Part shown: positions 49,920 through 59,080 of the stretch, piece after piece
How the letters are laid out: every line of letters begins with the position of its first letter
Position numbering within the stretch: position 1 is the stretch's first letter
Origin: a virus
Virus record (IMG/VR): IMGVR_UViG_3300011112_000003
Location: 1-64,000 of that record
Strand: one strand, 5' to 3'
Length of the DNA stretch: 64,000 nt
Translations under genes and position numbers: made by a program
The notes under the pieces: generated by a model
What the model saw: the letters and a program-made list of their open reading frames with translations, nothing else
Databases searched by the model: none
What the model was told of the DNA's origin: nothing

Positions 49920-51654
49920 TTCGGTTCTTTCTCCAGATGCCCTTGTAGGCTCGGTGCAGCATCGAGAACGCGAGTGGGAACTGCATCATGATAAGCTTGC
50001 GCTCGTACAGGTAGAGCCGCGTCAGCTCGGCCGCGTTCTCGATCGGCGCGGTCTGCGCGTAGGGACTCACGAACCCTTCCCGCTTGCTGACCCCGAACAG
50101 TTTCTTGTGCCATTTGATAACCGGCGCTTCTCCACCCCAGCAGTACATGAGCCACACGTTCAGGGAGTGGCCCAACTCGTGTTCCAGCACATGCTTCAGG
50201 CGTGCCAACGGTAGTGTACCGGATACTCGGATTTCGTTGCCGGTCCAGTAGGCGAGGTCGTGGTCCTCCATGGCGTTGTCGACGCGCGGTTGGTCTTCGC
50301 AGATAAGCGTGACACCCACGCGCCTGTCGAATATCTCGGGAGGCGTTCGGTCTATCACCGCCTGGGCCACAGACAGCTTCTGCGGATCACCTATGCGGAT
50401 GGCGCAACCACGCTCGGGCACGACGTTCCCCCAGGTCAGGTGCGCTTTGCGTAGGTCGCCCGGTAGCAGCTGCGAGCGCAACAGACTCTGCGGCATGAGA
50501 TCGCCATCTTCGTTGAAGCCCCAGCCGTTCGGTACATGGATAAGTTCGCAAGAACACCAAGGGTGGATAGGGCCTATCGTCGCTTGCCACGCGCTTTGCT
50601 TCTTACCGACGTTCGTGCCGTTCGCCTGTAGCTCGGACAGCTTGAAGATACGCAGGGGCGAGCCTTCACCGGAGGTGTAGTGAAGGGCCACGCACCTCGG
50701 ACAGGCGCCGGGCGATGGTTGCTTCGCCACATTGATTTCGTCTGGGTCGCCCTCGCGTTCGATGAGCCCTGCGGTGAGCCCCTGCTGCATGGCGCTCTGC
50801 TTCTCGGTTGCTGAGATACGCTTGAAGTCTCGCGCCCAGTCCTGCGTGCGGTGCCCGAGGTCGCTCGCCAGCTTCCGCCAACTCTCCTGGCGCTCGATGT
50901 TCATATCCAACTCGTCGCGCACATCCGCCTGATATTTCGCGCGCAGCACAGCATCCGCCTCGACCGCGATGGTACTGAAGTCGTCGCCCACTCGGTTGCC
51001 CAGGCCTACGATGGTGTTCGCCGCATTGCCCGATGCCCAGGTGCGCGCGGCCTGCTCTTGGGTAGATAGGGTTGGGTCGCCGTACTTGGTGCGCCAGGGG
51101 TCCACGCCCAAGGTTGCCGCCTGTCCGCGCAGTTGCGGATCGCGTCCCATGGATATCCCGTAGTTGTACGCATCCGCGATGGCCTGCGCGCTCGGTGGGG
51201 CAGTCTCGCCGGGCTCGGCCTGGTAGCTGGCCTTCATGTCCTGTGGGAGCACGCCGCTGTCGATGAGCCGCTGGATATCCGCAGCGTCCACGTACTCCCC
51301 GCCCACCTGCGTCGCGATGAACGCTAGGTGGTAGTCGTTCACGATCCTGCGTATCTCCCGCAGGTGCTCCGGGTTGGCGATGGGGTCGTAGGGGCCCTCC
51401 GCCTTCTTCAGGCTATCATGGACTATCTTGGACTCCGCGTAATCGCGGATAACGCTGAGCATCTTATCTAGTTGCTTGCGGTATGCGCGCTCGAACTGCT
51501 CCGCGGACTGCTGCATTGCCTTGTAGTGCTGGAAAGTCCGCTCGGAGTACTTCACGCGCTCGGCTTTCAAGAGATACTCCGGGCCCATCACGTACTGCGC
51601 GAGTTCTAGGCGGTCCATGTCTGCTGGGGCGTCTATTGAGATATGTTTGGTCAT
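49828..51654 (-). CDS. MuF-like head morphogenesis protein with C-terminal zincin-like domain
   Basis: R.F.RI..TE, ACP.C..L, NGTN.G, P.HPWC.C; then HELGH and VSPYA....E..AE. Confidence 0.8.
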   Translation of the reverse strand: MTKHISIDAPADMDRLELAQYVMGPEYLLKAERVKYSERTFQHYKAMQQSAEQFERAYRKQLDKMLSVIRDYAESKIVHDSLKKAEGPYDPIANPEHLREIRRIVNDYHLAFIATQVGGEYVDAADIQRLIDSGVLPQDMKASYQAEPGETAPPSAQAIADAYNYGISMGRDPQLRGQAATLGVDPWRTKYGDPTLSTQEQAARTWASGNAANTIVGLGNRVGDDFSTIAVEADAVLRAKYQADVRDELDMNIERQESWRKLASDLGHRTQDWARDFKRISATEKQSAMQQGLTAGLIEREGDPDEINVAKQPSPGACPRCVALHYTSGEGSPLRIFKLSELQANGTNVGKKQSAWQATIGPIHPWCSCELIHVPNGWGFNEDGDLMPQSLLRSQLLPGDLRKAHLTWGNVVPERGCAIRIGDPQKLSVAQAVIDRTPPEIFDRRVGVTLICEDQPRVDNAMEDHDLAYWTGNEIRVSGTLPLARLKHVLEHELGHSLNVWLMYCWGGEAPVIKWHKKLFGVSKREGFVSPYAQTAPIENAAELTRLYLYERKLIMMQFPLAFSMLHRAYKGIWRKNRNDRPLEDRPGEQAKQEQDRLDYRKRGGARL

Positions 51655-51851
51655 GGCAGCATGCTTCCCATCCCGCAACCGAAGTTCCGCAGCTTGGCCT
51701 CGGCTCTCGTGATGCCCTCGCGGTCAGCCCGCTCCTGGTGGATGTCCCGCCCCGGGCTCTTGGTTGGGAGGTAGATCCGAGGCAGTCCTCGCGCTCCCCT
51801 GTTCCTCCGCATGCGGATGGCAAAGGCTTCGTTGGATAGGTTCTTAGTCAT
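51651..51851 (-). CDS. Leader-motif family protein
   Basis: MTKNLSNEAFAIRMRRNRGA. Confidence 0.65.
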   Translation of the reverse strand: MTKNLSNEAFAIRMRRNRGARGLPRIYLPTKSPGRDIHQERADREGITRAEAKLRNFGCGMGSMLP

Positions 51852-52177
51852 GAGTCCGATACCAATGATAGGGGGATGTTGATTGTCTTCGAGAAGATAA
51901 CGAGGTCGCTCAGGCGCATGCTGACTTCGACGACTCCCGGTGATGTCTCGACCACCTCCGCAGACACCACCCCAGGCATGGCCTCGACGCTCTTCTTGAT
52001 GCCTCCCACAGTGGGCTTCCGCCATGGCCCTGCGCCCAGCATCAAGGCCTCCCACTGCTCAATGAACTCCGCGTACTGCTCCCCCTTTGTCATGACCGGT
52101 ACACGGATCAGTCGCGGCTCTCCACGTTGCTCCCGCATACGATCTGCGTAGTCGTCGTTGGATAGGTTGTTCGTCAT
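51848..52177 (-). CDS. Leader-motif family protein
   Basis: MTNNLSNDDYADRMREQRGEP. Confidence 0.7.
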   Translation of the reverse strand: MTNNLSNDDYADRMREQRGEPRLIRVPVMTKGEQYAEFIEQWEALMLGAGPWRKPTVGGIKKSVEAMPGVVSAEVVETSPGVVEVSMRLSDLVIFSKTINIPLSLVSDS

Positions 52178-52181
52178 TATC

Positions 52182-52478
52182 TTAGGCCGTGTCCATACGT
52201 ATCGTGAAGGACTGAATACTAGGCGCAGGGTCTCGGAGCCGCAGCTCGACGATGACCTCCCCTGGCACCCCACGAGTCACCTTCGCACTCTCCACTCTGG
52301 GCATGCGTGCGGCAGCTTCTTTGATGTCGCTCAATGTCGGCGCCGGGGGGCGGAACAGCCCCGGCGAGAAGGCGCGGATGTCTAGTAGGGGTGTGGACGA
52401 CACCGGGAGCTTCGGTGGCTCCCCCCGTTGACGCCGGGCATGCTCGGCGAACTCCCTGTTGGATAGATCGTTGGTCAT
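52182..52478 (-). CDS. Leader-motif family protein
   Basis: MTNDLSNREFAEHARRQRGEP. Confidence 0.7.
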   Translation of the reverse strand: MTNDLSNREFAEHARRQRGEPPKLPVSSTPLLDIRAFSPGLFRPPAPTLSDIKEAAARMPRVESAKVTRGVPGEVIVELRLRDPAPSIQSFTIRMDTA

Positions 52479-52855
52479 GTCTTGTACTCCCGGATCACAG
52501 ACTGCTTCGCGCCAAAATCCCATCCCAGGTAGTAGGTTGACCGTCGGTCGTAGTCGCGGGCCTCCGGGTTGGTCTTCAGGGGCTTCATGGGCATGCATAC
52601 GGGTCGGTGGGTGTCCATCCAGCGCAAGGCTTGGATGTCTACCTGGCCTCGACTGAACCACGCCGCTCCTGGCTCTCTCCATGCCCGCTGTAATGCGGCT
52701 ATCTCAGCATAGGCATCGGACAGGAGCATCACACGGCGGCCCCCTTGCTCGTCGTCGTACTCCAGTACGCAGTTGTCCGGCAGTGGGTAGAGTCTGAGTC
52801 CTGCGATCAGGATGTTGGTGCGGCCCTCCATCGGGGCTCTGGGATGTCTGGTCAT
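52475..52855 (-). CDS. Hypothetical protein inside the array (no leader)
   Basis: ATGA-coupled on both sides. Confidence 0.55.
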   Translation of the reverse strand: MTRHPRAPMEGRTNILIAGLRLYPLPDNCVLEYDDEQGGRRVMLLSDAYAEIAALQRAWREPGAAWFSRGQVDIQALRWMDTHRPVCMPMKPLKTNPEARDYDRRSTYYLGWDFGAKQSVIREYKT

Positions 52856-53226
52856 ATCTGCCTTCCAAGGTTCTGCCAGCCATCGGGCTCATGGTACTTG
52901 AGGAATGTGACGCGCCATAGGTCGGGGCCCGCCTCGCCCACGTGTAGCTTCACGTGGCTCACCAGTTCGCTCAGGTGGACTACGCAATGGGACTTGTTCG
53001 AGATAGGCGAGCCGCGCTCGTCGGTGGGGCGCAATAGGATGCAGTCCTTAGGCAGTCCGATATCCTTTGCGAACTGCGGTAGCTCCGTGTGCTTGGGGGT
53101 CCAGGCGAGTACCCACATGGTGCGTCCGCGGATGGGTGGCGGGGCCTGCCCTCGCTTACACCGTTGGCGGCTGGCGAAGTCTTCGTTGGATAGACCTCGG
53201 GTCATGCGGTCCTCGATGTGCTTCAC
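52852..53226 (-). CDS. Leader-motif family protein
   Basis: MTRGLSNEDFASRQRCKRGQAP from 53205; GTG at 53226 is coupled to the upstream stop. Confidence 0.7.
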   Translation of the reverse strand: MKHIEDRMTRGLSNEDFASRQRCKRGQAPPPIRGRTMWVLAWTPKHTELPQFAKDIGLPKDCILLRPTDERGSPISNKSHCVVHLSELVSHVKLHVGEAGPDLWRVTFLKYHEPDGWQNLGRQI

Positions 53227-53684
53227 GTAGCGTACCCATCACAGGGCGTGACATGGCTCAGCCCCGCCAGCCCACATGCTGCATGGACTACCGACTGTAG
53301 GACTATGTTTTCCCTGCGCTCGCTGGCGTAGGGCTGGCGGTTGAGTTGGATAAGGCGGCCTTCAGGGCTCACCATGTTGACCGTGTACTGGTCGTCGTCA
53401 TTGCCGGAACCGGGCCCGCTGAGCAACCCCGCGTTCAATGCCTTGACGTTCAGGAACGGACCGAAGCCATCGGAGATAAAGGCATGCTCCTTTTTCTCTG
53501 CATCCCACAGCGCCCACCTACCCGTGGCGATAGCGATGCTGTAGGTAAGCCTGTTTAGGTCGAGGGTCACTAGCCCGCCGGCTAGGCACTGTGTCATGAC
53601 GACGGGTGGCCAGAACAATTGAGGCTCCCCTCGCCTCTCACGCATACGACTGGCAAAGTCTTCGTCGGATAAGTCTTGAGTCAT
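53223..53684 (-). CDS. Leader-motif family protein
   Basis: MTQDLSDEDFASRMRERRGEP. Confidence 0.7.
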   Translation of the reverse strand: MTQDLSDEDFASRMRERRGEPQLFWPPVVMTQCLAGGLVTLDLNRLTYSIAIATGRWALWDAEKKEHAFISDGFGPFLNVKALNAGLLSGPGSGNDDDQYTVNMVSPEGRLIQLNRQPYASERRENIVLQSVVHAACGLAGLSHVTPCDGYAT

Positions 53685-54055
53685 AGCCGCTTGATGTCCA
53701 AGGTGGAGTGGTCGCCGGGGGGCACGATGGCATTCCTGCATTTCAGCTGAATCCGCGTAGGTACGTCGAACACCCAAGTCCCCCACAACCGCACAACTGC
53801 CGCCGGGCCACGCGCGGGGTGTGCGCTCGCAATAAAAATCCCTGTCGTGGCGTTGCTGAGATGCAGCGATGGAACAGCGCCTTCGTCACCCCAGCCCAGC
53901 ATGGCCATGGCCGTGATCCTGTAGCTGCCGGGCGAATGGATGTCCGCACTCAGCAGCGTCTGCCACATCGGTGATTGCTGCTGCTGCTTCGGCAGTTCCC
54001 CCCGCTGCGCTCTCATGCGCTCGGCGTACGCTTCGTTGGATAGGCTTTGAGTCAT
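53681..54055 (-). CDS. Leader-motif family protein
   Basis: MTQSLSNEAYAERMRAQRGELP. Confidence 0.7.
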   Translation of the reverse strand: MTQSLSNEAYAERMRAQRGELPKQQQQSPMWQTLLSADIHSPGSYRITAMAMLGWGDEGAVPSLHLSNATTGIFIASAHPARGPAAVVRLWGTWVFDVPTRIQLKCRNAIVPPGDHSTLDIKRL

Positions 54056-54384
54056 TTCGATGGCTCGCAGCCAGGCCTGAACGTGACTTGCCAAATGTCC
54101 GGCCCGTCATCGCTCACTTCCACTTCATCCGCGTGGCTCCAGTGGCTCTCATGGACTGCCCGGAACCGGGCATCCGGTAGGGCAGCTCCCCTAGCGTCGC
54201 ATTCGAGCATCACGACGAAACCATTCTCAAAGCCGGGGCTCGGACGGAATTCCTCGGGCAGATCCTTGTGATGCCTGCGCCACACCTGCATGCGGACTGG
54301 GCCCCGGCCCAATCGCTTGGGCGGCTCTCCCCTGTTGCTCCGCATGCGCGCCGCATAGCTGCTGTTGGATAATGCACGGGTCAT
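54052..54384 (-). CDS. Leader-motif family protein
   Basis: MTRALSNSSYAARMRSNRGEP. Confidence 0.7.
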   Translation of the reverse strand: MTRALSNSSYAARMRSNRGEPPKRLGRGPVRMQVWRRHHKDLPEEFRPSPGFENGFVVMLECDARGAALPDARFRAVHESHWSHADEVEVSDDGPDIWQVTFRPGCEPSK

Positions 54385-54845
54385 CGGCGCGGCCGCTGCG
54401 TGATCTGCGCGTCTCCCACCGCCATCGCTTCGGCAAGATCTGTTACCCCCTGCTTTACTGTGATGGTGGCGATCAACACCGCGGACATCAAATCGGGGTG
54501 CTCGACGTATGGCTCTGTATCAAAGGCAACTGCTGCTTCAGAGAGAGAGTCGTACACCACGAGCCCGTACACTGCGGTTGTGATGCCCTCCTTCCGCCAG
54601 TGGTACACCCGCTGGTTGTGGAACTTGCCTTCCGGAACGGGTACGGGCTCGGGCGCCCACGGGGGTTGGTAACGCTCAGGATCTATATCCTCACCCCGCT
54701 CGCCCCGAAAGGTCAGGTCACCGTCCGCGTTGACAAATGCGCAAGTCAACCCGGGCAACTCAGGCAGTCCCAGCGCCAGTGGCGATTCCCCACGCTTCCC
54801 ACGCATGAGATTGGCGAATGCTGCGTTAGATAGGCCCTGGGTCAT
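54381..54845 (-). CDS. Leader-motif family protein
   Basis: MTQGLSNAAFANLMRGKRGESP. Confidence 0.7.
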   Translation of the reverse strand: MTQGLSNAAFANLMRGKRGESPLALGLPELPGLTCAFVNADGDLTFRGERGEDIDPERYQPPWAPEPVPVPEGKFHNQRVYHWRKEGITTAVYGLVVYDSLSEAAVAFDTEPYVEHPDLMSAVLIATITVKQGVTDLAEAMAVGDAQITQRPRR

Positions 54846-55201
54846 ACCATCCACTTCCCCATGCTCGTAGTCCAGCCCGGCGGGGTGAGTCCGGGCAGGA
54901 AGGATATCTCGCAGATGTCGGGCTGCTCTGGCAGCAGGCTCCGGGCCTTGAACTTGAACCGCGCCTCATCCAAATCGGTCCAGGGCACCACAAATCGTTG
55001 GATGCTTCGGATCCACGCCCCGTTATCCCACACCATCGTGACCATCATCTCGTCTTCGCCTATCTCGCCCCATGGGCAGCCCACCGGCAGTACGTGCGTG
55101 CTGCAGTGCATGGTCGCTTGGAACCACCAGCGTCTGATAGGTTCTTCGCGTTTGCTCCGCATGTGGTTGGCGAACGCATTGGGGGATAGGTCTTGGGTCA
55201 C
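54842..55201 (-). CDS. Leader-motif family protein
   Basis: (GTG)TQDLSPNAFANHMRSKREEP. Confidence 0.7.
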   Translation of the reverse strand: MTQDLSPNAFANHMRSKREEPIRRWWFQATMHCSTHVLPVGCPWGEIGEDEMMVTMVWDNGAWIRSIQRFVVPWTDLDEARFKFKARSLLPEQPDICEISFLPGLTPPGWTTSMGKWMV

Positions 55202-55575
55202 AGGCGCCCGTACTCTTCCACGAGCAGTCGCGGTGATCCGCCGCGCACCAACCCCCCAGTCACCCGCATGTATATCTTGCGGTCCATGGCCCATGCGTAT
55301 CGATCGCTGAGCGCCATGGTGTGCCATTCATCGGCGGGCACCGTCATGCGTATCTCCTGAAGCAGACCCGACATATCATACAAGCTGAGGATGACTTCGC
55401 CCGGGCCCCGCACAATGACACTGACCGTCACACAGTAGGTGTTCCCATCGCCCGGTACGATGGCCTCACCCAGGTTGTTGATATTGAACTTTGGGGCGGG
55501 CAAGCGCATCAGGGGCTCCCCACGGCGCGCCCGCATGTGATTCGCATAGCGCAGGTTGGATAGGCTTTGGGTCAC
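55198..55575 (-). CDS. Leader-motif family protein
   Basis: (GTG)TQSLSNLRYANHMRARRGEP; body paralogous to 55572-55970. Confidence 0.7.
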   Translation of the reverse strand: MTQSLSNLRYANHMRARRGEPLMRLPAPKFNINNLGEAIVPGDGNTYCVTVSVIVRGPGEVILSLYDMSGLLQEIRMTVPADEWHTMALSDRYAWAMDRKIYMRVTGGLVRGGSPRLLVEEYGRL

Positions 55576-55970
55576 GCGATGGGCTCCACGAGTATGCGCC
55601 ACGATCCTTCGCGCACCGTACCCCCGGTCACGCGCAGGTAGATCTTGCGGTCCGAGCTGCAGGTGTAGTGATGGCGGAGCCCCACGACGCGCCACGAGTC
55701 GCTGTCCAGATCCTCGCGCCAATCCTCCAGCATGCCCGCCCTGTCGTACAGCCCTACGATGACGGCGCTGGGGCCCTTCACCCAGAGGGAGCCCTTCACG
55801 TGGACATGCGCCATCACGCTGTATGTCCTCATGTCCCCCGTGATCGTGGCCTCTGCTACGTTATTGATATTGAACGGCTGTTGGATAGGAGCGGGCTCCG
55901 GTGGCTGCCCGCGGAGTAGGCGCATGTGCTCGGCGTACGCCCCGTCGGATAAGGTCGTTGTGTCTACCAT
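55572..55970 (-). CDS. Leader-motif family protein
   Basis: MVDTTTLSDGAYAEHMRLLRGQP. Confidence 0.7.
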   Translation of the reverse strand: MVDTTTLSDGAYAEHMRLLRGQPPEPAPIQQPFNINNVAEATITGDMRTYSVMAHVHVKGSLWVKGPSAVIVGLYDRAGMLEDWREDLDSDSWRVVGLRHHYTCSSDRKIYLRVTGGTVREGSWRILVEPIA

Positions 55971-56362
55971 TCGCTGCACGCTATGACTGTAGGGTTGGGG
56001 CCGGGCGTGTTCAGGAACGCGGTCCACATGTTGGTGACTCCCTTGTCCTCATCATCGTGATATTTGATGGTCAGTGCTTCGATGCGCCCGATCGAACTCG
56101 TCTCGCATTGCGACTCACGGCCCCAGTCCAGCTCCTCGGCGCTTTTCCAGGCCAGATCCGTCACAGCCGCCATGTCGGTGGTGTCGCCGCCTATCCACCA
56201 CCGCACGTCCTCAATCTCCACCACGAACAATGTGTAGCCCTGCCTGTGGTGCCGCTCGCGCATCGGGTCGCTATGGATAAGGCCTGCCTGCACTTGCCGC
56301 CTGCGTATCCTGAAGCGCACCGCGAGCGCATCGTTGGTGAGGTGGCGCGTGTCGTAGGGCAT
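55964..56362 (-). CDS. Leader-motif family protein (divergent)
   Basis: MPYDTRHLTNDALAVRFRIRR. Confidence 0.6.
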   Translation of the reverse strand: MPYDTRHLTNDALAVRFRIRRRQVQAGLIHSDPMRERHHRQGYTLFVVEIEDVRWWIGGDTTDMAAVTDLAWKSAEELDWGRESQCETSSIGRIEALTIKYHDDEDKGVTNMWTAFLNTPGPNPTVIACSEW

Positions 56363-56364
56363 TA

Positions 56365-56937
56365 CTACGCCAAACTCAGGGTGTGCCGGTGGAACGCGAC
56401 GTCCATGGGGGCGAGGTACCAGAAGGTCAACGACACCACGGCCGTGTCTCGACTCTTCTGGTCGATATCCCCGACCTGGACTTCACGTATCTCACGGATG
56501 GCGGGTATGTCGCACAGCGCTACCAGCATGTCCCGCTCGGTAGGCTTACGTTCGGATATCACGTCCACCGAGCCCGACCACTGGCGCCAAGTGCGCATGT
56601 CCGGCCGTAGCACGAACGGCACGCGCGAGAAGTCTACGTCGATTCCGTGAATGTCCGGCCAATAGCTGATCATGGTTCGCTGTTGGCCCGATGTGCTGGT
56701 GACCGTGCGGACCTTCAAGACCATGCTCGGGTTCCCAGGCAGGCCCGTGCCTAGGAGGGCCACAACCGAGCGTAGGATATCGTCTGGGTCTGCATTGGTG
56801 TCGAGGAAGCGATCGGCATGCACAAGCGCAACGCACCCCGCCCATACACGCGCGCCATGAGGGATGGGATCCAGCGGGTGCTTGCGAGTCGCACGCATGT
56901 GGCGCGCGAAGTCCTGATTGGATAGCGCGAGGGTCAC
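56365..56937 (-). CDS. Leader-motif family protein
   Basis: (GTG)TLALSNQDFARHMRATRKHP. Confidence 0.7.
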   Translation of the reverse strand: MTLALSNQDFARHMRATRKHPLDPIPHGARVWAGCVALVHADRFLDTNADPDDILRSVVALLGTGLPGNPSMVLKVRTVTSTSGQQRTMISYWPDIHGIDVDFSRVPFVLRPDMRTWRQWSGSVDVISERKPTERDMLVALCDIPAIREIREVQVGDIDQKSRDTAVVSLTFWYLAPMDVAFHRHTLSLA

Positions 56938-57188
56938 CCCCACCTCGCGCCAGATGCGCGCGCCCGCTCGCGCTCGCTCAGCTGGGATATGCCTGGCTTT
57001 GAGCGGCATCGCTTGCACACGGGGTTCATGTTCTTCGCGCGGTACTTGCGGCCGCACTCGTCACAGCGTGGCCAGTTGGCTCGCTTGTCTGGTCCCTTGA
57101 CCTGTTTCTCGCGCACGCACCTCTTCACGCGCATGCGCTGAGCAAAGTCTTCGTCGGATAGGCCGCGCGTTGCTGAGTCGTTGTTCAC
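56934..57188 (-). CDS. Leader-motif family protein with Zn ribbon
   Basis: TRGLSDEDFAQRMRVKR; CDECG...CKRC. Confidence 0.65.
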   Translation of the reverse strand: MNNDSATRGLSDEDFAQRMRVKRCVREKQVKGPDKRANWPRCDECGRKYRAKNMNPVCKRCRSKPGISQLSERERARASGARWG

Positions 57189-57904
57189 AGCGCGCACTCC
57201 AGGTAGCAGACCAGTCCGTTGCCCCAGTCCATGCACCGCGAGCCCGGCAACCCTGTACAGTCGGCTTCGGTCGTGCAGCTCGGTGCCGCGTGGTCGTCGG
57301 TGCCTCCGGTGCCGCAGAAGGCAGCATCCCCGGTAGCCACCGACTGACCGCACGCCATGCCCACAGGGCACGCCTCGGGTGACGGCGGCCCGCAACAGAA
57401 GCTAGCGCAGTTCCCACACTCGCCTACCGGCCGCTCTTGCCCCGGGACACACGGCGCAAGCCGGCACGTAGGCCCCGTATCACCATCCCCGTCGCCGTCT
57501 CCACGGTCCCCATCCCCAGCACCATCGCCGTCCCCGTCACCACTGCCGCCATCGCCGACCCCGCCGCCAGTGCCCGCACCATCACCATCTCCGTCACCGT
57601 CCCCACCTCCATCGCTGCCACCAAGTAATCCCCCGCTATCCCCATTCCCGCCAGTGCCGTCCCCCAGGCCCACGCTACCATCGTTCGGATAGTCGTCTTC
57701 GCAAGGAAGCCCACCGCAGGGATCACCGCGGTCACTCGGACCCCCAGCACCAGCAGATCCCATGCTGTCCACCCAATCACCACTCCTATCCAAATCATCA
57801 CTACCTCCGTCCTGACCACAGCACGCATTGTCTACGGCAACATCGCCGTCCGTGATTGCAGTGCAGCCCGTGAGCAGCGCCAAAATGATAATCAGATGTC
57901 CCAT
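57185..57904 (-). CDS. Myxobacterial-type Cys-rich lipoprotein with GDGDGD linker
   Basis: Lipobox LLTGC; (GD)n repeats; Cys-rich end. Confidence 0.7.
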   Translation of the reverse strand: MGHLIIILALLTGCTAITDGDVAVDNACCGQDGGSDDLDRSGDWVDSMGSAGAGGPSDRGDPCGGLPCEDDYPNDGSVGLGDGTGGNGDSGGLLGGSDGGGDGDGDGDGAGTGGGVGDGGSGDGDGDGAGDGDRGDGDGDGDTGPTCRLAPCVPGQERPVGECGNCASFCCGPPSPEACPVGMACGQSVATGDAAFCGTGGTDDHAAPSCTTEADCTGLPGSRCMDWGNGLVCYLECAL

Positions 57905-58324
57905 CACGCGGTCCCTCCTACCTGCCAGGCCGTCCACACCCACGCGCTACCATCCCAGATGCCTTCGCAACGTGAACCGCTGACGGTCTGGAATGTCCCT
58001 GTGATCTTCGAGGGGCCGTTCACCACTATTTTCTGTCCCCCGTCTTTTGCCCACTCCTTCCGCGCCTGTTCGTACTGCCTAAGTTCACCCGCGAACTCTT
58101 CGGCAGACATGGTGCGTACGTACACATCAGTATCTGCTATCTCGTCCCACTCGTAGACCTCACGGCAGGGACGACAAGGGGGCCCATACCAGACCACAGA
58201 GGTGTCAACCTCTTCGCTGACCTCGGCACGTATGAACGGTTCCCCCAGCCAGGGATCGGGGAAGGCTACCCCCAGCTCACCCAACATCGCTTTGGCGCCC
58301 GCAAGATTGCTCAGATGTCCCATC
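57892..58324. repeat. 14-bp direct repeat TCAGATGTCCCATC flanking one gene
   Basis: Identical copies at 57892-57905 and 58311-58324. Confidence 0.75.
57904..58323 (-). CDS. Hypothetical protein (cassette between direct repeats)
   Basis: MGHLSNLAGAKAML...; start lies inside the repeat. Confidence 0.55.
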   Translation of the reverse strand: MGHLSNLAGAKAMLGELGVAFPDPWLGEPFIRAEVSEEVDTSVVWYGPPCRPCREVYEWDEIADTDVYVRTMSAEEFAGELRQYEQARKEWAKDGGQKIVVNGPSKITGTFQTVSGSRCEGIWDGSAWVWTAWQVGGTA

Positions 58325-59057
58325 GCACACTCCCCTCGCACCCCTGCGTGTTGCACGCGATGCTGATATCTTCGTTGCCTGCCCACATGAGCCAGGCGCC
58401 CACACCCGTGACGATTGCGCCCAGCGGCAACAGCACGTCGGTCGCGATACCTAGTGTATCAACGGTGCTGCCTAAATCACGGCCCTCGCGCAGGTCTCCC
58501 GCGGCACACTGGCGGTCGGCCCCGCATAGCGTGTCGAGGTCACTGTCAGCCCCCACGGCCAGGACGCCGGTAATGCTGCCCGCCAGAATGAGCGCTCCGC
58601 CGCCCACGAGCAGGCTGACGGGCAGAACGTCGCTGCGGACGGGCGCTGGCACGGGCGCGACCGCCTGAGGGGCCTGCGGGGGCTCCTGGGGCGGTTCTGG
58701 CTCGGGTGGCTCCTCGAACTTCGTGAATGGGCCCTCATCCGCAGGTTTCCGCAAGCGCACGATGCGGCCCCGCACTTCGTCGCCCCGTGGTGTGTCAGCC
58801 TCCCACCGCAGGAACCGCTCGTAGGCCGCGACCGCTTCCGCGTCATGGCTCAGTGCCTCGTGCGCCAGACCGATGTTGTAGTGCAGCTTGGGATGCCCCG
58901 ATTCCCGCAAGGACTGCTGCCAATGAGTCATGGCCACCGTGTAGTCACCCGCATCGTAGGCAGTTCGGCCCGCCTCGAATGCAGTGCGGCCGCGCTCGCT
59001 CATCTGTGCGGAAACTGGAATCGCTATCAGGCAAATAGCTAATGAAATCCTCATCAT
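58311..59057 (-). CDS. Myxobacterial-type TPR membrane protein
   Basis: GGGGGAGG RBS; signal peptide; F..G..AY..GDY..A, LHYNIG.A.E, A.AAYERFL; C-terminal TM segments. Confidence 0.75.
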   Translation of the reverse strand: MMRISLAICLIAIPVSAQMSERGRTAFEAGRTAYDAGDYTVAMTHWQQSLRESGHPKLHYNIGLAHEALSHDAEAVAAYERFLRWEADTPRGDEVRGRIVRLRKPADEGPFTKFEEPPEPEPPQEPPQAPQAVAPVPAPVRSDVLPVSLLVGGGALILAGSITGVLAVGADSDLDTLCGADRQCAAGDLREGRDLGSTVDTLGIATDVLLPLGAIVTGVGAWLMWAGNEDISIACNTQGCEGSVRWDI

Positions 59058-59080
59058 AGCTCGGTCCTCCCCCAAGTCCT

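Noticed and set aside
58116-58123. Single GTACGTAC
   Set aside because: Unpaired and inside a coding region
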